Shown here piece by piece: positions 11,940-25,932 of a DNA stretch of 64,000 nucleotides. The stretch comes from Monocercomonoides exilis PA203 (taxonomy: Eukaryota; Protista; Preaxostyla). Position 1 is the stretch's first letter, and every line of letters begins with the position of its first letter. Position numbers and translations under genes: made by a program. The DNA lies in assembly GCA_001643675.2 (NCBI GenBank), contig LSRY02000018.1, positions 620,001 to 684,000 on the forward strand. Reading direction: 5' to 3'. The notes beneath the pieces were generated by a model. It saw only the letters and a list, made by a program, of their open reading frames with translations. It was not told the DNA's origin and ran no database searches.

Positions 11940-12910
11940 TGCTCAGTCGAGGAGTGTGACTGTGAAGACAGATGACGAAGTGATAAGATAAGGAGTTGTC
12001 GAGAATGAAGTGTGGAAGATTGAGGAGATAGTGGCGAAACTGGCAAGGAAGATTCTGGAGCTGAGGGAGAAAAACAATGCAAAGGTGAAGGAGCTGATGG
12101 AGCAGCTGGTGGAGATGAAGAAGAACATAGAGCTCAGCAAGGAGGAGTGGTGAGTGTGGTTAGCAAACAGATACTAATTGCTTGGCGATGCATGCTGCCA
12201 TGCTTTTTTCACTGTCCTCTGCATAGTGCGGGATGGTTTTATCTTTGGCTTTGTTGATTCTGCAGTTGGGGCCGTGTGAAAAGAACCAGGAGAAAATTGC
12301 AGTAATTATCAAATATGGAAGTGCTGTGGTCCTTGTGGCACACACAAGTGGAAAAGGAGTTGTTGTGAAGTTGGGTGTTGGGTGAGCTTTGCCGGAGAAG
12401 GAAACTGCTGTGGAGGAGAAGATAAAAGGAGGGGAGCAAATCCTGGGATCAGAGAATGATCGGAGAAGAACGACGCTGGAGTCAATTGTGGAAGCATTGA
12501 TGATTCTGGTGGTTGTTGTGAAGGAGGAGTGAACGCAACGTTGCGGTAGAAGATAAACGAGATGGAGAAGTTAATGAAAATGCTGATGGAGCTATCGAAA
12601 GAATATGAGAAGATGATAATAGAGCAGAAGGCGCTGTTCAATTTGGTGATTGTGAAGAAGCAAATGATACTTGCTCAAAAGAAGCAGAAGCAGAAGTGAA
12701 TGAAGGCATCACATGAAGAGAAGGTTGAACGGCTGGTTGATCAGGAAAAGGAGCAGGAGGAGCTTGTGTTGCGGGGAAACTTTGACATGGAAAAAGATTG
12801 AGGGTCAGAGAAGAAAGGGGCGAGAAAGTGTTACAGTACGAAGAGGAGATGGATGAGCAGAAGAGGAGGCGAAGAACACGAAGAAGAAGAAGAAGAAGAA
12901 GAAGAATTTG
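11940..12910 (+). pseudogene. Broken fragments of a coiled-coil protein gene
   Basis: E/K/L-rich heptad-like stretches on + (e.g. VAKLARKILELREKNNAKVKELMEQLVEMKKNIELSKEEW) with stops and a GTGAGT donor near 12150. Identity unknown. Confidence 0.3.
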
Positions 12911-14105
12911 ATAAGGCAATAGAATTCACCCCATTTTCCATCGTCATCAACTTATTTGGCTGGAAAAGTGGGACAATAAAGCGAAGATGCGTGTGAATAT
13001 TGCAATTTTGAATGATTTGCATCAAAAAGGAGGAGTGAATGGCATAACAGAAGGACAAATGAGGAGGAAGAAGGAGAGAATAGAAGGAGCTGTATTGGGA
13101 AGAGAGTGAAGGAGAGAGAGAGAAGGAGGAGGAAGAAGAAGAATAAGGCTGAAATGAAGAAATAGAAGGAAAAGAAGAATGGTTATAAGAAGAAAATGAA
13201 GAAGAAAGAGAAGAAGAAGAAGAAGATGATGATGATGACGATGAAGAAGTTAATAAAGAAGAAGAAGAAGATAAAGGAGAAGAAGGAGAAGAAGAAAGAA
13301 TTGAAGAGGAATATGAAGGAATTGAAGAACATAAAGAAATATTTGGTTTATTTGATAGAAATGATAAAGAATTTGAAGAAGGAGAAGGAGAAGAGGAAGA
13401 GGAAGAAGAGGAAGAAGAGAAATATGTGTTATATTGCCCGAAGGCAGAGGAAGGCTGTAATGTTTGAGATGATGAATGAGATTGGGATGCAGAAAGCAGT
13501 GAAGAAGAACAAGAAACAGAAGAAGAAGAAGAAGAAAGAAGAAGAAAAGAATACATTGAAGATAATCTTGCTTGTTTTGTTGTTGAAGACAGTGGCAAAT
13601 TGGTTGAGGAAGAAGGAAGAAGAAAGAAGATGAAGATTTCGGAGAAATTAGATCCATCGGAAAAATACAATCAACATTTCCGTTCCTGCTTTTCCCTTTC
13701 CTCTTTCACAGCCCAAACATTTATCATCAATCCAATTTTCTCTTTTTCCCTCCTCTTCTATGAATATTCTTCTTCTTCTTCTCCTTCTTCATATTGAAAT
13801 TGCTCTTCTGTTATTTTTCTGCTCATTTCTTTCTCATCTCCTTTTGATCCATTTTCTTTTCCATTTCTGAACTCACCCTAAAAATCAACATTGCTCATCA
13901 AACAGCAAGCATTTGGGTGTGGCTGAGCCAAATGAAGATAATCATCTGAATGGAGACATGAAACAGACTGTGATTGAAGATGACGATGAGAAGGAAGATG
14001 ATGTTGATGGAGGAGAAAGTGACGATATTCATGATGGTGATGAAAATGCAGATGAAAATAAGAGCGAAAAAGACGAAAAGGAAGATGAAGATGAAGAGGA
14101 AAGAA

Positions 14106-14136
<31 letters not shown>

Positions 14137-15719
14137 GGAAGAAGAGGAAAAGGAAGAGGAGTGTGAAAAGGCAGAAAAAAAATAGATGCAAGTAAGCTGA
14201 ATGTGATTCAGCTATCGCCACACCACGATGCGAAGAGAAAGCAGAAGAACTGAATGCTTGCTGCAACTCCAACAGTGGAATAGAAAGAGGCAGGGAAGGC
14301 GACTGTTGTTCAGTGGCTGGGAAAGAAGCATGCAGAGCAGAAGAAGGGTGAGGCTGAATGATGGGAGAAGATCCACAGGGAAAAAAATTACGGAAGTTTT
14401 TTGAGGATGTGTGGCTATCCGGGAGGTTCACGTGTTAGAAGTTCACAAGAGATGAGCAATTATTTTTTATTGTTTTTCAACATCGTGCTGTTGAAGATTC
14501 GTTGGAGAAGAAAATCTAGATGTTTTCTGAGGTGTTAAAATGGTTGAAGTTGGAGAAGGTGAGGACAGAGTCATCTGCATTCTCGAATTTTTCCTGAACT
14601 ACAACCAGACAGAAGCAGCGTAGCTGAAGGATGCGATTAATGCTCTGCATGATTTCATGTTTTGTTTCGATGTGATTTCTTCTTCGTGTTCGTTGTCAGG
14701 AGAAGCTTGTGGAAAGATCACGTCTGTTCAAAAGGAATCTCTTCTGCGAATGTGCAATCCACAGATTTCACAGGCGCTATTGCTTTGTACCTTCCGAGAT
14801 GCACACATGTTGTCTGTGTGCAGTCCGTCTTCATTTGCTTCGGTGCTGGAGACATGCCAGTTCAACGACTTCTTCTTGTTGTGTCTTGGGCTAATTGATA
14901 TGTGTAATGCAACTCACTGGAGAGTTCCTCTAACGAAGAATGAAAACAGAGTGATTGCGAAGAATGTGAACAGGAACTGCATTGCGCTATGAGTGTGCTT
15001 TCAATAGCGTCTGCGTGAAAATGGATGAGAGCACTGGTGGGGCTGAGGTGGTGAAAGGAGACTGCACCGAAGGATATCTCAAAGAAAGAAGGGCAGAGGG
15101 CGCTGTTCCAAATGGTGCGGCAGCTGGTGGTACTGCTGAGGCTGCAGCTGAAGAGGAATGAGGAAGAAGTGTCGTTTTGCTTTGGGATGCTACTGTGGGA
15201 CGGACAGTGAGTGATGAGGTTTCACAAGACGATGATATTGAAGATGGAGAAGGAATTATATCTTGCTAAGATTCATCAGTATATGCTTCTTCAGAACATC
15301 GTTAAGATCTCCTAAAGAACAAAGAATTAATGATAAACAAAATGTTGCTGTTCTTTGAGCCATTATCAGAAGGGATTGATCATATGACTTCTCATCAAAC
15401 ATTTTCATCAGTATTGTCATCTTCATCGTTGTCTTCTTCTTTTTCTTATTCTTTCTCTTTTTTCTCCTGTTTCTTATCTCAGTCATTTTCATTCAAAAAA
15501 TTGTTCGAATGTAATAAATATATCTCGAATCTTGAGAAAGCATTGTTTTCTTTCATTTGATTTCCTTCAAAAAGGCAGGAAATGTTGAAGAAAAAGAATA
15601 AAAAATGAGGAAGAAGAAGAAGAAGAAAAGATGATGACGACGAAAAAATGTTTGAAAATTGTTTTTCTGTCGGATTGACTGAAATTTGATTAAACATTCA
15701 GTTTTCCCCAAAAGAGATC

Positions 15720-17202
15720 AGGAGAAGAGATGGTATCATTAGTCATGGAACTGAAAGGGAAGATAAGATAACAGCAAGAGAAAGCAGACCCAGATGATGT
15801 GAAATTATTAAAATGACAGTTATCCGAAGTAATTCAATCTGCAACGAATCGCACATTGTTGGCATTTAACTGGAGAACATGAGCAGATGATAACGGAGCT
15901 GTAGCTAATTAAACTTTCATGGAGGGTTCGCAGAAAACTGTAGACTTAGTGAGAAAAGAGTTGTGCAGTATAATGTTCCAACATTATAAGTTCCATTCTT
16001 CTCAAATACTCTTAAGTCATTAATATTCACATTTTCTGAGCAATTCACAAGAGCAAGTTCCTGTTGAAACTGAAATGAGAAAAACATTAGCTGCTTCAAT
16101 TTTTACCTGGACAGTTGCGCTCACACCACTTTGTACATATTTCACATCAGCGTTGAAGTCAAAGTCTTCACTTCTTATTTCAGTCATTGTTTTTGCTAAT
16201 ATCTGGACTTCATTTGCACAACCTGGAATAAGTTGAGTAAAACAATGGCTGATAGAATTACACGGATAGCTTTCATTGATCCCACATGAAAAAGCACCTT
16301 TGGAATTTGGTTGAGCAGCAGTTGAAAAAACAAATCTGGTTCTTCCTCCAGCATCATTAAGCCATTCACTTTTGTCAATGTTTGAACCCAAGTTTGCACT
16401 AACTCTGTTTCCTATTTATCTGTTTGAACAACAGTTTTGATGAATGTTGTTTAGCGTAAAGTCTTGAGAAGAATGCCATGTCCACCTTTCACACAAGTGT
16501 TATTGCGGAAAAAACAGTAGAAAAATTAAATTCCTTTATTCACTGCATTGATTTGTGAGCAATCAGCACCTCCTGCTATCATCGAAAAGCAGTTGCAGAA
16601 TAGGCAGTTATTTATTAATTCATTGTCCATTAAAAGCCAATGCTCAATTGCACCACCTCCAGAACCTGAAGAGTTAAGCGCACTGCAGTTGAAAAATAAA
16701 CGAATTAATAACACAATTGTTCTGCCTCTCGGTTCTCTTTGCACGCAGATCAATTGCCCCTCCGTCGTTGCCTGAAGAGTAATTTTGAAAGGAGCAATCA
16801 TAAACCACTGGCTGTGTATTAACATTTACGATCTTTATCCCTTCTCCTCCTCCCAACTCGGGGGTTCCTTTCACTGAACGTTGAACAAATGTGGTATGGA
16901 GCAAAATACATTCTGCTATCTTCAATGCATCTATTCCTCCACATCCTGTAGAAGAAGCATTACATTTAGCAAAAGACGAATTTTCAATCAAAAGAACGGT
17001 TTTTTCACAGTCTTGGAAATAAAGTGCACCTCCTTGTTGCGATGTGTAACCAATTCATTTCCATAATGAAAAGGACTAAATTTCTGTTGTATCCATTTTG
17101 TTTTTAATTTTATTTGAAATTTATTCTATTCTCTCTCACCTTGAGATAAGTATTTTTCATTTGAATTGTTCAAACCAAGATAAACAGTAAAAATGAATTC
17201 AT
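15720..17202 (-). pseudogene. Degraded multicopy Cys/Gly-rich surface-protein family gene
   Basis: Start MNSFLLFILV* at 17202 (signal-peptide-like) followed by a GTGAGA donor. Fragments in shifting frames: NDGGAIDL, SGGGAIEH, SCGINESYPCNSISHC. Confidence 0.55.
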
Positions 17203-17822
17203 AAGTTTTTTTTCAAATCTGAAAAATTTTTCACCGTGATAACTTGTGAAACACATTGTCCCTCATATATCTTGTTCAGAAACTTTCGTGATAAAATGCA
17301 ACGAATCTTATGTCACCAGAAAACAAATATTCTAATTGATCAAAAAATAACATCAAATTTTTCTTTCAAGAGTCGTTTTTTTTTGGATCCTGAAGTTTAT
17401 CATTGATAATCTTTCTCGTTTGTGAAATTTTGAATATTGATGATAAATAATATTTACAGAGTGTTTCATAACATTCTCCAATCGGTAAATATTTAGATCC
17501 TTGGCGACTTTTTAAAAAATTTGACCTTTATCATTCATCTGAAAAAAAAATGCAATGAAAACCTTCAAACTTTCATAATGATGTCTTTGAAAAGAACAAA
17601 ATAGTATTCCAAAGCTTGTTTCGAAAAATCATTAATTATTTCGAATTAATTTTGTTAAAAAGTTTTTTCTTTATTAATAACAATAAAAAAACAACAGAAC
17701 ATTTTTTTAAAAATATGATTTGAATAACTTCATGAATTTGTATAATATATTTTTTCAGAGAAAAAATTTTGTCCACCTGAGTTATTGCAAAATTCCCCAA
17801 AAATTTCAAAATATCCATAGAC

Positions 17823-17872
17823 AATTTCAAAATTATTGGGTAATTTTGAAATAACCCAATAATTTTGAAATT
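17823..17872. repeat. Perfect 19-bp-arm inverted repeat with 12-bp spacer
   Basis: AATTTCAAAATTATTGGGT-N12-ACCCAATAATTTTGAAATT. Confidence 0.8.
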
Positions 17873-17924
17873 TTTTTTATTTCACAATTCATCTAATACA
17901 AAGATATATTTTAATTTCAGATAA

Positions 17925-18019
17925 AGTTATGTGAGTGTTAACAGTAATTTCAAGAAATTAAGAAATTTTTATTTTATATGAAAAATAAAACAAAAGGAAA
18001 TTTTCAAAAAAATTATGAC
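17925..18019. repeat. Right arm of a 240-bp MITE family member
   Basis: GTGAGTGTTAACAGTAATTT...AAACAAAAGGAAATTTTCAAAAAAATTATGAC|ATAT matches the right end of 3719-3958. Confidence 0.55.
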
Positions 18020-18070
18020 ATATGAATGAATATTTTTATCATCAATTTAATGGATGAAATGCGAATAAAC

Positions 18071-18375
18071 AAAACCTGTGTGACGTTTTGACCACTGATG
18101 TGAAAAAATTCAATTCTGACGGACTCATCAAAAATATTCACGTCACTAATGTTTATTAATAATGATTATTCGTAAAAGCACAAAAAAAAAAATCTGATAA
18201 TTTGTTTTATAAAATTTTAAATTTATTGTTTTTATCAAAAAATTATGGTGGAAATCAAAGTTGAATACACGCAAAGAGAACTCAAAAAAAAAAAAAAAAA
18301 TAAAAAATAAACTGACGCGAAAAATCTATACTGATGGACGTGAAATCAAAATCTTCATCACGTCACACAGGTTTA
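18071..18375. mobile_element. hAT-type MITE (305 bp) with 8-bp TSD
   Basis: GAATAAAC|AAAACCTGTGTGACGT ... ACGTCACACAGGTTTA|GAATAAAC. The TIR resembles that of the hAT element at 29355/39118. Confidence 0.8.
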
Positions 18376-19709
18376 GAATAAACAATTTTTATTCGAATGA
18401 TCTGACTTTATTCGAATAAACCCCCTTTTAATTGAATGAGAGGCAGTTTATTCAAATAAACGTCTGCTTTCTTGAATCAACCATGAAAGATTCGAATAAA
18501 AAGTTAATAGATATTGTTATGGAAAATTAGTTCATGTTTTCGATGTTTTTAATGCGTTATTCACAATTAATAAAATATTTAAAACAAGTGATCAAACATT
18601 TTTTTCGTGAAAATCAAAGAAAAACTTTTTTATGATGATATTTAATGAAAATTTTCATGATTCACAAATTTTTTTGCATAATTTTTCACATGTTTTCGAG
18701 GTTTTTTATTGAATAATCATCTTTATCAACTTTGATCACAATATAAGTAGTATAAATTTCATGAAAATAAAGATTTCTTCATCTTCTTGCATTGGAACGA
18801 TAATTTCGTGTTGAAAACGTTGTGCGCCAAAATGACTGATAATGCATATTAACATATCCTTCTTTATTTTGCCTTCATCTTGTTTCACAATCTTTTTTTT
18901 TTTTTGATTCAGATTTTTTGATATTATTATCCTTAATTTTTCGATTATGTTAGTTATTTAACAAAAAAGCCGTTTGCTTTTTCGTACACTCATCCAACTG
19001 CTGTTGAGTGAGCAATGTTATTTATTTCTTATTTGAATGTTAGCACGAAAATAAAAATCCAAAAGAATATGCAAAAATTACAGATTCCTTAAACATCTCA
19101 GGCAATTCAACGTAAATAATAGTTTGAAAAAAACTTTCGTGAAAATATGAACATGTTTATTGTTTATTTGCTTTGATTCATTTTTTTAACATTGCGAAAA
19201 TATCCTTCATATTCTTTCAACATTGCTTTTGATTTTTGTAGACTTAGAATCACATTTTGTTTTTCTGTTGACTTCATATTCTGATACACCGAGTTACTCA
19301 TACATGTTTCTGTGAAATTCATCCACCGGGTCAGTACAGAGATGTAATATTTTACCTATTATTTGCTGCTCAAATTATTTAACCTAATAACTTCCTTTTA
19401 TTTGATGCTTCTTCTTCTCATCCAAAAATTATTTCATTCACAACAATTTCAACCGCACTTTCTTGCTTGCTCCCAACAATCTCCAACTTCTTCACCGCTT
19501 GCACACATTTTTATGAGTTTATCCTAAGACGGAAATTGAGAAATGGGAATTGGGAGAGCGGTTGGTGCTGCTTGAGGCTTCTTCAATGGAGTAGTTGGAT
19601 TGTCTGCACGAATAAATGTGAATGGCATGGAATGCACTTGCAGATGCTGCATGCAACAAAAACATCGAACATATGAAATCGGTATTTGTCAACTCAAACA
19701 GCGTGCAGA

Positions 19710-20700
19710 TTAGACTTCACCATTCCACAACTGCAAAGAAATAAGCACCCAGCTCGGAGACATTTGTGTGTGGCTCAAAAGCCAACTTGTCCAGAGCCAA
19801 TGAATCCTGATTGCTGAGAATGATTGCGCTAACTTCGTAAATGTACCCATCTGATAATTGGATGGAGATCCATGAATGAAAGAGGCTACAAATGTTCGGC
19901 AGGAATGGATTGAAACCCTGGCTGTCTTCCTGGAACAGCAGCGTTGATCTTTCTTCTTCCAAACAAGTGTTAACTGGTATATGAAATTCGACAAGTATGC
20001 CGGACAGATGAAGTGTGCTGGGCTGCTGATGCAGAACGTTATGTGTACAGCCTATGCATCCATGCGCTCAAAGCCAGTCATAACTGATCTGCAGGAATCG
20101 ATCCGCGATTCACACGAAGCAATGACAAATCCTGCATCTGTCAGGTTGATCTGACTGGATGTGAATGGAACAAGGAAGCGGGACAGATCAACATTTATAA
20201 ATGTTTGATCGCTCTCCACAAACGTTTGCGGACCATAAACAAACAGTTCGAATAAGAGGTGGAAAGTGACCGGGGTGACACTCACATTGATGTTGAAGCA
20301 GTCCACATATATGTTTCTTTCTTTGACTGAATCGTTGCTCGCAAAAGAGAATGCCTCTGAAAGGGATGTTGCTTTGCTGCATCTGTGTCTGCGCTTTTCA
20401 CATACAGAACATTTCTTCTGTCTATTTTCTTGTTGCACTATCCGTAACAAAACTCGCACCCATCAGCACTCAGATGGTTTTCGCTCGGAATAATCACTCC
20501 AATCAGTTCACTTGCATCGCATGGCAAGGCCAGGCCCTCTTGAATTACAGTTGTGTTCGTTTCCACAGAGCCGATGATACACAGGAGAGACAAAGAGGGA
20601 GCAAAAGCATAAACGCATACCCTTCCATCTGCACGCTGCGTCCTTCAAAATGAACAATGACTCCTTCAATCTGAGAAGAGCTGGCGGGAGAAACGTCTTG
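19710..20700 (-). pseudogene. Degraded fragment of the same multicopy surface-protein family as 1-2142
   Basis: FSFASNDSVKERNIYVDC...VDLSRFLVPF...ASCESRIDSCRSV parallels FMMNDAFVGKDVFIRC...VDLIPLITF...QCGAQNNPCLSI. Many stops and frameshifts. Confidence 0.5.
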
Positions 20701-20870
20701 CTGTCGAGCGGAAGTCGATCCCGAGGTATGGAGGAAGATATGATCTCGGAGGAACGAAGAAATGAATTCCAGACAACAGACTAATCAGTGCAGATGAAGC
20801 TCTAACCTTCAGTAATTAGTACAGCGCAACGGCGGGTGCCATAGAGAGCGACTAAAGAAAATTTGAATAT

Positions 20871-23800
20871 GGGTTATTTTTTTTGAAATCATAAAAAAAG
20901 ATCAAAAATCGAAAAAAAAAATCCTACTGTGGTATTTATTGATCAAAGAGAAAAATTGATTTTTTTGAAAGTATTCAGCTTTAGAAACTGTGATTTATAT
21001 GTGTTTTATTCATTTATTGAAAAAAACAAACTTTTTTAGACTTTTAGTGAAAATAATTTTTATGATCAAGTTTCTTTAAAAAAATATGAAAATAGAAAAT
21101 TCAAACTTCAAAAAGGAAAACAGTTATATCACAATTGTAAAAACAAAACTTATAAAGAAAATTTATATTTACTGAACAATTTTTACGGATATTAATGAAC
21201 AAAATAACATTTCTTCAAATAACATGCATTGAGTTTTGCTTTAATTGAAGTGAAACATCATCACCAATTTCCTGCTACAGCTGAGCAGTTCAACGATTAA
21301 TTATAACAACAAAAGGAATGGAGTATAAACAATAATGGATGATTACGATAAAGTTTATCTTCCTTTTCTTTTCAAATTCTTTTCATGAAATGATTTTCTA
21401 GCTTTCTTCTCCATCCGATGCCCACATTTCTTCCTTTTCTGCTCCACTTCATCTGAATCCCCCATTTGAAAATGTTGCCCATGTTGAATTCTTTCGTTCA
21501 TATTGTTTGCCTTATTTATCTTTCGTTACACTGTTTAATCACTTCTCTCACTAGAAAACTTATAAAGCTTTTTCTGCGAATTTGCATCATTCATTTTCTA
21601 AATTTTCTTCTCCTCTCAGCCATCTCCCTCTTCCTCGATCACACCTTCATCACCAGTCTCACTTTCAACAACCTCACAATATTCCATCTCATATCTCTCG
21701 CAAACCCCTTCTCTTTCGACTCCTTTAACAGTTCCAACAGTTCCATGAGCAGAGTAAATTTGGAACACAGAAACCAGCAAACTTACGTTGGCCACATGTT
21801 TTCCTTGACATGAAAATCAGTAAATTCAGTATTATTGAAGAGGTGAACAAAGAACGAAGAACGAAGAACGAAGAACGAAGAACGAAGAACGAAGAACGAA
21901 GAATAAGAATAAGAATAAGAATAAGAATAAGAATAAGAAGAAGAAGAAGAAGAAGAAGAAGAAAAAAAATGTTTGATAAAGAGGCAGTGCTTGGGCTAGT
22001 TATGTCTTGGGACTTGTGTGTGAGTGAAGAGGAGTCTGTGGCGGGAGATGAAGGTGTGAGTGGTTTTGACGGAGTTCCAACAAGAAAAGAAGAGGCAGAT
22101 GATTGGATGTGATGCAAGCGAGATAAAGAAGAGGAAGCAATTACCGAAAAGGCTGCGCTGATTTGAGTGTGCATCTTGGAAGATGAAAGTTTGCTGTAGA
22201 ATAAGCAAAATTTCTGCTGTTGTTCATCTTCATTTTCTTCACCTCCTTCTTCTCTTCCCGTGTCCCTCCTCCTCCTCCTTTCCGTTGCTGCCTGTTCTTG
22301 TCATGTGTCGAAATTATAACTTTATCAATGTGGAATACATATTATTCTCCATCGTCTTCGTCTTCGCCTTTGGCTCTTCCTGCTGTCTCCCTTTCCTCTG
22401 CTCTAAGCTTAACTTGCTTCTGAAATCCGCCTTCTTTGCCTCTTCCATTTGAACTTAAACTCCTCTCTCTTCGCTTCTTGGAGGTGTCATTAAGCGAGAA
22501 GATGAGAGCAACATCCCTATGAGCTCCTTAATCCCATTTCCATTCCTCCTTCCATGCCCATTCACCTTATTCACTCCGTTCAGCTCAGCCAGAGTATAGA
22601 AGCTGTATAAAGTGCTGAAGCAGAACGGAACGCGCCTCTGGGGAAGATGAAAACAGTTCAAATGCACGTCCAGCAATCCCACAGAAGGTGCTGATAGTGA
22701 TGATGTTGCTGTTGAGAGAAAGCAAACTGAATGACAAATTTTAGGAGCTTGTAATCAATCTGCTAATTGAACAGCTTTCAAGCATTTGATAGTCTATTAA
22801 CTGATGCAATGCAAAAATGAGAGGAAATACCTAAGAAGCAGAAGAAAGCGAAGAAGGCTAAGAAAGTGATGATGACGAAGAGACACATATATATTAAATC
22901 TGCTGAATAATAATTATTTTGTTGAGAAAAATTTGTGTGAAGTCGTTAATTGGACCAAATATTTTATTCAATAAGTTGATTTCATATATGGCAAGACAAT
23001 CGTTATCGTAATAATTGTTATCGTCTGAATGAAATTAATTGATGAAAAATTACATCCTTTGTTCATTGACTTTCTTTTTGTAATATCCTTTCCTTTCTCT
23101 TCAAAAAATAGAAAATGAAAATTTCTCTCATTTTTTTTTCTTTGCTATTTTCATCTTCCATTCAGCTCACAAAATCATCAGAAAATATCAATCCCCTCCT
23201 TTTCTTCATCTTTCACATTCTCTTCCATAAAATATTCTTCTCCTCTCATAAAAAAATACCCCTCTTCCGATCTAACATTTCTCAATTTCCCTCTTCTCAT
23301 CGGCTTTCACCCTCTTTTCTTTCTTTTCAAATTCCATTTCTCCCATCAACAATAAGCCCTCTTTCATCATCCTCAGCCACTTCTCTATATATTAACTATA
23401 TTATCTTCTCAAAATCTCCACCCACTCTTCCCCACCCCTTTGTCTCAGATTTTCTTCCATTCAAAAATCCCTCTCGAAATATTAACATTCAAAAAAACAC
23501 TCAACTTTCACCCCCTGCCACAAATAATCCTCTTCTATCTCTTCTCTGCCCCATATTCCTCCTGTGCAAGGTGTTGATGAAATAAACGTGATATACTTCT
23601 TTTGGAGGTTGAGAATATTATTAAAGGAGATGATCATGCCAAAAACAGAAAAACCACCTCTGCACATCCACCACAATGTGTACGGGCTGAAAAGACCCTC
23701 CAGTGAGATGCACAATGTATTTTGTGGAGATGCATTCTTTGTTGCATTTTGACCATTCTGAGACTGAAATGAAGAGATTGATTTATTTTTTGAATGATGA

Positions 23801-24591
23801 TGGCTGTGGAGATGAGTGTGTCGACAAAAAGCAGTCGAAGAGCAGTTTGGTCTTTATTTATTTTTCTATATTTGAATATTTGCCTGTTGATGTTTTTTGT
23901 GTTCCTTTCAGGGCAGGAAATGGAAATGAATGAAAATGAATGAAAGCTGGATATCTCGTTGTGCATGGTGGCTATGGAGTTGGGAGAGCGAATTCATATG
24001 GAAAGTGCCCAGAGTGAAGGGATTTGAATGGAAATTGACGATGATATTCTTTGAAGAAATACAGAGTGCCTTGAATTGAGAAAGGTGAGATTTGAACAGA
24101 AAACATAAATCTCACTTTTTGCAGAAGAGTGAAATAGTGGCATTTGAAGCTGATATGACTCCTGGAAAGGATGGTTGGAGAATCAGATGATGATATACTT
24201 GAAAATAGAATATTTTCATTTAGTATTTATCGATTTCAACTTATCTTATTCTATTTATTTTCAATAACATTGTTTTACAGTTTTTAACTAAAGATATTGA
24301 TTGATAATGTATTGTGATTATTGTTGTCATGTTTTTCAAACCCACAAATTTTTGTTTTGTTCTGTTCATTAAAGCTTTGATATTTTTTGAAAATTTTTAA
24401 TTTTTTTTTCAAAATTTAAAATAAAAACAATTTGGAATGAATTAAAAACGAAAAATAAACAATAACAACAATATATAAAGCAATATTTTTGCACGATCAT
24501 CACTTTCATTTTTCTTTTTTGAGCAACCCTTAATGAAAAAAAATTTTTGATCAAACGTCGGAATTTTTTTTGATATCAAAAAAAATCACCC
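20871..24591. mobile_element. Putative 3.7-kb non-autonomous element with GGGT(G/T)ATTT TIRs and ATAT TSD, containing host-gene-like fragments
   Basis: ATAT|GGGTTATTTTTTTGAAATCATAAAAAA ... TTTTTTTTGATATCAAAAAAAATCACCC|ATAT. The TIR resembles that of MITE 5275-5514. Confidence 0.5.
21851..21963 (+). repeat. Compound microsatellite (GAACGAA)n-(GAATAA)n-(GAA)n
   Basis: Directly visible. Confidence 0.9.
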
Positions 24592-24604
24592 ATATATATA
24601 TATA

Positions 24605-25932
24605 CAGTCTGTCCCAAAAAAATGTTGATCTGTCCTTTTTTAATGTCGATCATACCATTAACAATATAAATAACTCTCACCCAATATTGAATGAGGTGAT
24701 AATTGTTGGAAATTTTTTTGTTACACTAGTATTTTTTGAAAAGTCGTTCTCGTTAATAGCTTGTGCAAAAACAAATTTGAAGCAGTTTGACGTATGATAT
24801 TGCTGGTTTTATAGTGTCTTTAACAAGAGAAATAATTCGTTATTTTGTTTTTTAAAGATATTTATCCAGAAAAGAAATATAAGGCAAATTGTTGAAAGAA
24901 ATATATGAGAAGCAAACGGAGAAAGTGTTTCTCACAATATTGAAGTTATATATTTTGCATAAAGAGAAAATATGTTTACCAATTTTCTCACAATAAATGT
25001 AACAATATATTCAGGCAATTGAAATATCTTGAAGTTTGCTTTCGATATTCAATTGATAACTTTCATTTTCTTTTTTTTGAAAGGAAAATCTAAAAGAAAC
25101 GTCGAAAAAACAACATTATTTCATTTGATCATCATTTTGCAGTGTAAAGACATTTGTTGTTTGAATGAGGCAAATTTCATTATGACTCATTAAAGATAAT
25201 TCCTTTTATATATATATTCATTGGTATTTTCGTTTTGATAAAATTATTTGATTGAACCATGAATTCTATTTATATTTGCCACGAAACAAAAGAATCTTCA
25301 AGTTGTTTTGACATACTATATATGTTTGTTTATTATGTTCCATTTCATAAAACAATGTTTTTAATGAATATGAAAAATTTATAATTGTGCGTTGATGACA
25401 TTTTTTCATTTTTAAAAATAAGCTGAAAAGAGAGAATTTTAACAACAAACAACAAATAATCAATTGTGTTACAGTTTTTTGATGCAGTTGCCATGGTTAT
25501 AATTGCTTGAAATGAATTCGACTTGAAACAAATTATATTCTAATATCGTTAAAAAAATTTTTTCCACAAAAAAGAATTGGATTCAAAAACAAGAAAAAGA
25601 GATGTTGAAATAATTGATTGTTAATTAATAGCATGGGTCCTTATTCACGAACATTTTCCAGTTAAATTGAATATTAGATGGGTTGATAACCTCTAAATGT
25701 TCTGTCTTTGAACCACCTCATCTGTCAATAAACAATACGAAAACAAACAAAAAACAATGCGGAATATGCCAATACCAAAATAAAAGAAAAAATTACATTT
25801 TATATGTGAGATAAAAAATTTTTCATTTATTGTTCATAAATTAATGAAAAATATGGTTCATCATCAAAATTAATAAGCATGGGATGATCGACATTAAAAA
25901 AGGACAGATCAACATTTTTTTGGGACAGACTG
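24605..25932. mobile_element. 1.33-kb Tc1/mariner-like non-autonomous element, ~48-bp TIR, TA TSD
   Basis: TA|CAGTCTGTCCCAAAAAAATGTTGATCTGTCCTTTTTAATGTCGATCAT ... ATGATCGACATTAAAAAAGGACAGATCAACATTTTTTGGGACAGACTG|TA, inserted in a (TA)n run. Confidence 0.9.

Noticed and set aside
12831-14431. Many overlapping long ORFs (poly-S, poly-K, poly-L/F)
   Set aside because: Artefacts of (GAA)n-rich low-complexity sequence that lacks stops in several frames; no domain signal. The same applies to 28387-29086, 35473-36837 and 60268-60566.
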